DNA of 63,944 nt, filler included, from Fonticula-like sp. SCN 57-25 (Eukaryota), in assembly GCA_001724245.1 (NCBI GenBank). It is 3 parts of 3 records of this genome, joined end to end, with 100 filler letters (N's around TTAATTAATTAA, not from the genome) between each part and the next. Parts side by side here need not be neighbours in the genome. Positions count along the whole stretch, not along the records: positions 48,549 to 63,944 come from MEDX01000138.1; 2 more parts are not named here. One strand, 5' to 3'. Of this stretch, positions 59,987 through 63,944 are shown one piece after another. Within the stretch, counting starts at the first letter, position 1, and every line of letters starts with the position of its first letter. Made by a program: the position numbers and the translations under genes. The notes beneath the pieces are model-generated. The model was not told the DNA's origin, made no database searches, and worked only from the letters and a program-made list of their open reading frames with translations.

Positions 59987-60377
59987 CGTTCTATGAGCTA
60001 GAAAGGTGGGCTGGAAGGCGCCGCGCGTGAGGAGAGGAGGAGGGATGCCCGCAGGCTCTGACGCGCCCGTGAGTCACGTCACGTGATCAGGGTAAAGTGG
60101 CTGCGGAACAAAAAGAAGGCTATGTAATGGCGAAAAATGCAAGGACTATATAATAGATTGTATATTGAAACACGCTATATAATGCAGTAAAAGTGTGCTT
60201 GAAAAAGCAAATAAGCACTGCTATTGCGCCAATTGATACCTTTAGTGCTTGCTTTCTGCCTATTCCCTCCAACTTCATATGGTGAGAATATCAATTTTAC
60301 TATCTTTTTGCCTTGATTGTTCTCTGCGAATGACTCTTCCATTCCACTCGCATCCACGTGGGTGTTCACTTTTGGCC

Positions 60378-61974
60378 ATGATGCTGGTGCGGCGGTCGAT
60401 CGCGCGGCCGGCGAGCATTGCGCTCCGGGCCAAAAGCCGGACCGCTAGTCTCTTTGACCAGATTGCGGAGGGCGGCTCTGTGAATGACGTTAATCCCGAC
60501 CTTCTCAAGGAAATGTACGAGTACGAGTCGATGGACGTGTACGTGCGGGATCGCATGAAGCCCGACACCAAGCCCGATCCCGTCGGGACGGCCTTTGATC
60601 GGCTCAACAAGCGCTCGACCGAGTGGCTCACGATGGGCAGCAAGATGACGAAAATGGTGCGCTTTTTTCCCTTTTTTCCCTTCTTTTTCCTCTTTTTCTT
60701 TGGTTTTTCCTCACCTCTCTCGCTTGCCCAGGTGTCTGGCCCTCTTGAGGATGCCTGGAAGGCCCCCGCCGAGGATCCCGTTCTGTCCAACCCGACAAAG
60801 TGGAACCGCGACATGATGTCGAGCCACATTTCCCCCCCTCGCCACAAGCCCGCCGCCATCACGACCGTCGGCATTGAGGATTTGTACGCCGCCAATGTGC
60901 ACATGGGCCACTCGCGCTCCGTCTGGAACCCGCGCATGGCGCCGTACATTCACTCTGTCCGCAACAAGCTGCACATCATTGATGTTCAGCAGACGCTCGT
61001 CATGCTCCGCCGCGCCATGAATGTCGTCCGCGAAGTGTCGGCGATGAACGGCGTCGTCGTGTTTGTCGCGATGCGCCCGCAGCTCCAGGATGTCGTCAAG
61101 ATGCTCGCGCTGCACTGCGAGCAGTACTTTGTGTACCAGCGTTGGACGCCGGGCACGATTACCAACCCGCGCCGCGTGCTCAAGGTCGACGTGTACCAGC
61201 CCGACCTCATGGTGTTTTTGGACCCGCTCAACGCGCCGGTCGCCATCAAGGAGGCCAACGCAAGCGACATCCCCACCATGGGTGCGTAAATTTGCGAAGT
61301 GCATTTTTGTGGTTGCTTTTTGTGCATTTTTGTGTTATTTAGTATGTTTTTGTGTAATTTAGTATGTTTTTGTGTCATTTTTGGCTCTTTTTTTTGTGTT
61401 TCTTGTTTGGCCTTGTTTCCGTCCATTTTCGTCTTTTCGACCCTTTTTCGACCCTTTTTCTGCCCTTTTTCGACTCTTTTTCTGCCCTCGCTCACTTTTT
61501 CCAGGCATCTGCGACACCAACATGGACCCCACTCTGCTGACGTACCCGATCCCCGGCAACGATGACGGCCTCGAGTCGATCCTCCTGCTCGGCAGCCAGC
61601 TGTCCAACGCCGCCCTCGAGGGCCGCGAGCGGTACAAGCGGTCGCCGCAGGGCCGCGCCGAGATCGCCAAGAAGGGCGACGCTTCGGCCGTCGGGAGCGG
61701 CGCCGCCGCCGTGGCCGACAAGGACGCTGACGAGTACGCCGAGCTGCTGCAGAACGTGCAGGCGGCGCCCGCGGGCTTCAAGGGCGCGCTAAAGTCGAGC
61801 GGATCGCTCGGGGATCTGTTGAGCGACCGCGACGTCGGGCTCGACAGCGACCTCATTGAGCGGCTGCGCGCGCGCGGTATTGACGTGCACGGCGAGGCGA
61901 GCAGGCTCGAGCAGCGCATCGGGCAGATCGCCGACGATGCGGGGCAGACAAGCAAGATCAGGCCAAGGCACTAG
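60378..61974 (+). CDS. MRPS2: Mitochondrial ribosomal protein uS2m (MRPS2/MRP4), 3 exons
   Basis: Presequence, VHMGH..WNP.M.PYI, RWTPGTITN, PDL, GICDTN.DP..TYPIPGNDD. Confidence 0.92.
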
Positions 61975-62230
61975 CGGGAGGCATTTAGATAATTTTCATG
62001 GAAAGGGAGGGAAAGTGGACGCTGTGGAGGGAAAGGGGCGTATTTTGCGCGTTTTTCTTTTCTATGACAGAGTTTAATATGTCGTGATGAGCGCGACCTT
62101 GTAATGACGAAACGGAATGCACAGACAATGATTCGAAATGGGCCATGACAACTGGGGCAAAAAAGTGATTTTCTATGGTTTCGTGTATTGTTTGCCGGAA
62201 ATTGTGTACAGAAAGATGCTCTTGCTGCGC

Positions 62231-62476
62231 TCAGGCCTCGAGAAGGATAATGTCCACGTTGTCGTGCACGCCCTGCAGCAGCAGCTCGGACGCGTACGAG
62301 ACGACCTTGCGCTTCTTGGCGGCCTTGAGCGTGCCGACGAGGGCCTCGAAAATGTCGGCGCAGCGATCGTCCTTGACGATCACGCCAAACTTGACGGACC
62401 AGACGCCGTCGGCGTTCTGCGTGCCGAGGCGCTGGATCTCGCCCTTGAGGAGCTCGACTTCGTGATCAATGTTCAT
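62231..62476 (-). CDS. ABRACL: Costars/ABRACL family protein
   Basis: MNIDHEVELL..EI.RLG...VKFG...DDRCA.IFEALVGTLKAAKKRK...ELLLQGVHD.VDI.LL. Confidence 0.96.
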   Translation of the reverse strand: MNIDHEVELLKGEIQRLGTQNADGVWSVKFGVIVKDDRCADIFEALVGTLKAAKKRKVVSYASELLLQGVHDNVDIILLEA

Positions 62477-62577
62477 CGTGCTGCGCCGCTGATGAGGAAA
62501 ACAGCAGAAAAGACAAAGACACAAACGATGCAAACTGCAAACTGCAAACTTGCTGCGTGCGTGGTGGGCGTGCAAGC

Positions 62578-63619
62578 ATGGCGGACGCTGACGATGATTT
62601 CGCGACGGACATGTTTGCCGAGCCGGAGGACTTTCGCCCGCCGTCCCCCGAGCCGACCTTTCACAAGATCAGCAGGAGGCCAGAGTTTGTTGAGCCGGGT
62701 GCGTTGCCGTGATCGTCCGATCGAAGGTTAGACCATGCTGACTGTGATGCCGCAGGATCTCCGGCTGCCCTCGAGGTGCGCCTTCCCGGCCGCCACTCAC
62801 TCTGGGTACGTCCACATTGACAATAAAGTCATGTATTGTTTCAATATTGACGCGCTTTTATGCATATTAGGCGCACTGCCTGTGGAATGCCGGTGTCTAC
62901 CTGACACACTATCTCGACGAGCGCAAGGATCTGTGCCGCGGCAAGTGCGTTCTCGAGCTCGGCGCCGCCGCCGCCCTTCCGACATTCATCACGGCGCACA
63001 ATGGCGCTCTCCGCGCCGTCGCGACCGACTACCCCGATCCCTCCCTGATCGACATGCTCGCGTACAATGCACAGGCCAACGCCGCCGACCACGTGGCGAG
63101 CGGCGTGGTGCGCACGAGCGGGTACCTCTGGGGCGCCGACCCGCAGCCGCTGCTGGACATGCTGCCGGCGGGCGTCGACCGCTACGACCTGCTCATTCTT
63201 TCCGACCTTGTGTTCAACCATCAGCAGCATGGCGCACTTTTGACCACCGTCAAGGAGACGATGGCCGCTGATGGACAGGTGCGCATCTGATGATGATATG
63301 AAGCGTGGCGTAGAAAAAGAGTGCTAATAATGGTTTGATATTGGGTTTAATATGAAATAGGCGCTTGTTTTCTTTACGTCTCATCGCCCGTGGCTCGCCG
63401 ACAAGGACATGGTACGCACACTGAACAGATCATGTCTTCGATAACTCATGCACCACGTAGGGGATCTTTGAGATGGCCAAGGCCGAGCCGTTCTGCTTTG
63501 AGGTGGAGCGCCTCGTGGAAGACCGCATGGAGCCGATGTTCCCAGAGGACCCGGGAGATGTCGAGGTGCGCTCGACCATCCACGGATTCAGGATGCGGCT
63601 CCCAAAGGCGAGCGTGTAA
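62578..63619 (+). CDS. EFM7: Protein lysine/N-terminal methyltransferase EFM7/NNT1-like, 5 exons
   Basis: F.EPEDF.PP, HSLWAHCLWNAG, VLELGA..ALP, TDYPD, LILSDLVFNH, H.PWL..KD, MFPEDPGD..VR. Confidence 0.88.
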
Positions 63620-63718
63620 ATATAAGTTTAGAGGTGATTTCATAATAGAATCCATTCAAAAAAACATGCTACTTGCTTAAATATGTACACACTTGAAGAC
63701 TAAATGAGAAAAAAAGGC

Positions 63719-63944
63719 TTAGATGTGCTTTGATGATGTCGCGGCGCTGGTGGCCGCCATGGCCGATGCCGCCGCCTTTTGCGCATGCGCCGCCGTCGTG
63801 ATGGTGCGGTTCTGATCCAGCAGCCTCGAATAATTGTCGCTCATGCGCTTGCTCTCCGCGAGCATGCGCTCCACCGCCTCGCGCACGGACGCCTCCGCCG
63901 CGGCCTGCGCAGTCGCCATGCCTGCCGACGATGACCGTTGGGTA
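63719..63944 (-). CDS. 3' end of an unidentified coiled-coil-like gene running off the window
   Basis: Frame is open to the window edge and ends with TAA before an AT-rich terminator region. Confidence 0.5.
   Translation of the reverse strand, partial: TQRSSSAGMATAQAAAEASVREAVERMLAESKRMSDNYSRLLDQNRTITTAAHAQKAAASAMAATSAATSSKHI

Noticed and set aside
60084-60106. TGATCAGGGTAA resembling a TPP riboswitch segment
   Set aside because: Lacks the CTGAGA motif and the pairing partners, the neighbours are not thiamine genes, and it is better explained as an E-box plus TTACCCTGA promoter motif.

Overview
Gene-dense eukaryotic nuclear DNA: GC-rich exons, mostly 45-70 nt GT-AG introns with GTRCGY donors, and very short intergenic spacers. 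It consists of three contigs joined by 100-bp N spacers carrying an artificial TTAATTAATTAA six-frame-stop linker. About 32 protein-coding genes or fragments can be reconstructed by eye. The gene content mixes animal-like genes (PCCA/PCCB, MMAA, MTRR, TYSND1, CIAO2A, Costars, CIN85-like, PSMD5) with fungal-like ones (ARE-type SOAT, DSS1-like RNase II, EFM7, MTC6-like). This suggests a cobalamin-using unicellular opisthokont, such as a nucleariid or early holomycotan (inference only). Main observations: (1) a RasGAP-PH protein whose GAP domain looks circularly permuted; (2) PCCA and PCCB head-to-head on a 213-bp shared promoter, near other B12-pathway genes; (3) about 11 divergent gene pairs sharing a promoter grammar of CACGTG E-box, CCAAT and TTTGCAGTTTGC; (4) a strand-symmetric G-rich to C-rich skew switch across AT-rich islands; (5) a bacterial-type intronless secreted alpha/beta hydrolase; (6) unusual domain architectures (PH-FYVE-PH-VASt-TM and WD40-coil-SAM-SAM). 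No rRNA, tRNA, CRISPR or autonomous transposon was recognised. All gene models are manual and family calls come from remembered motifs, not database searches.
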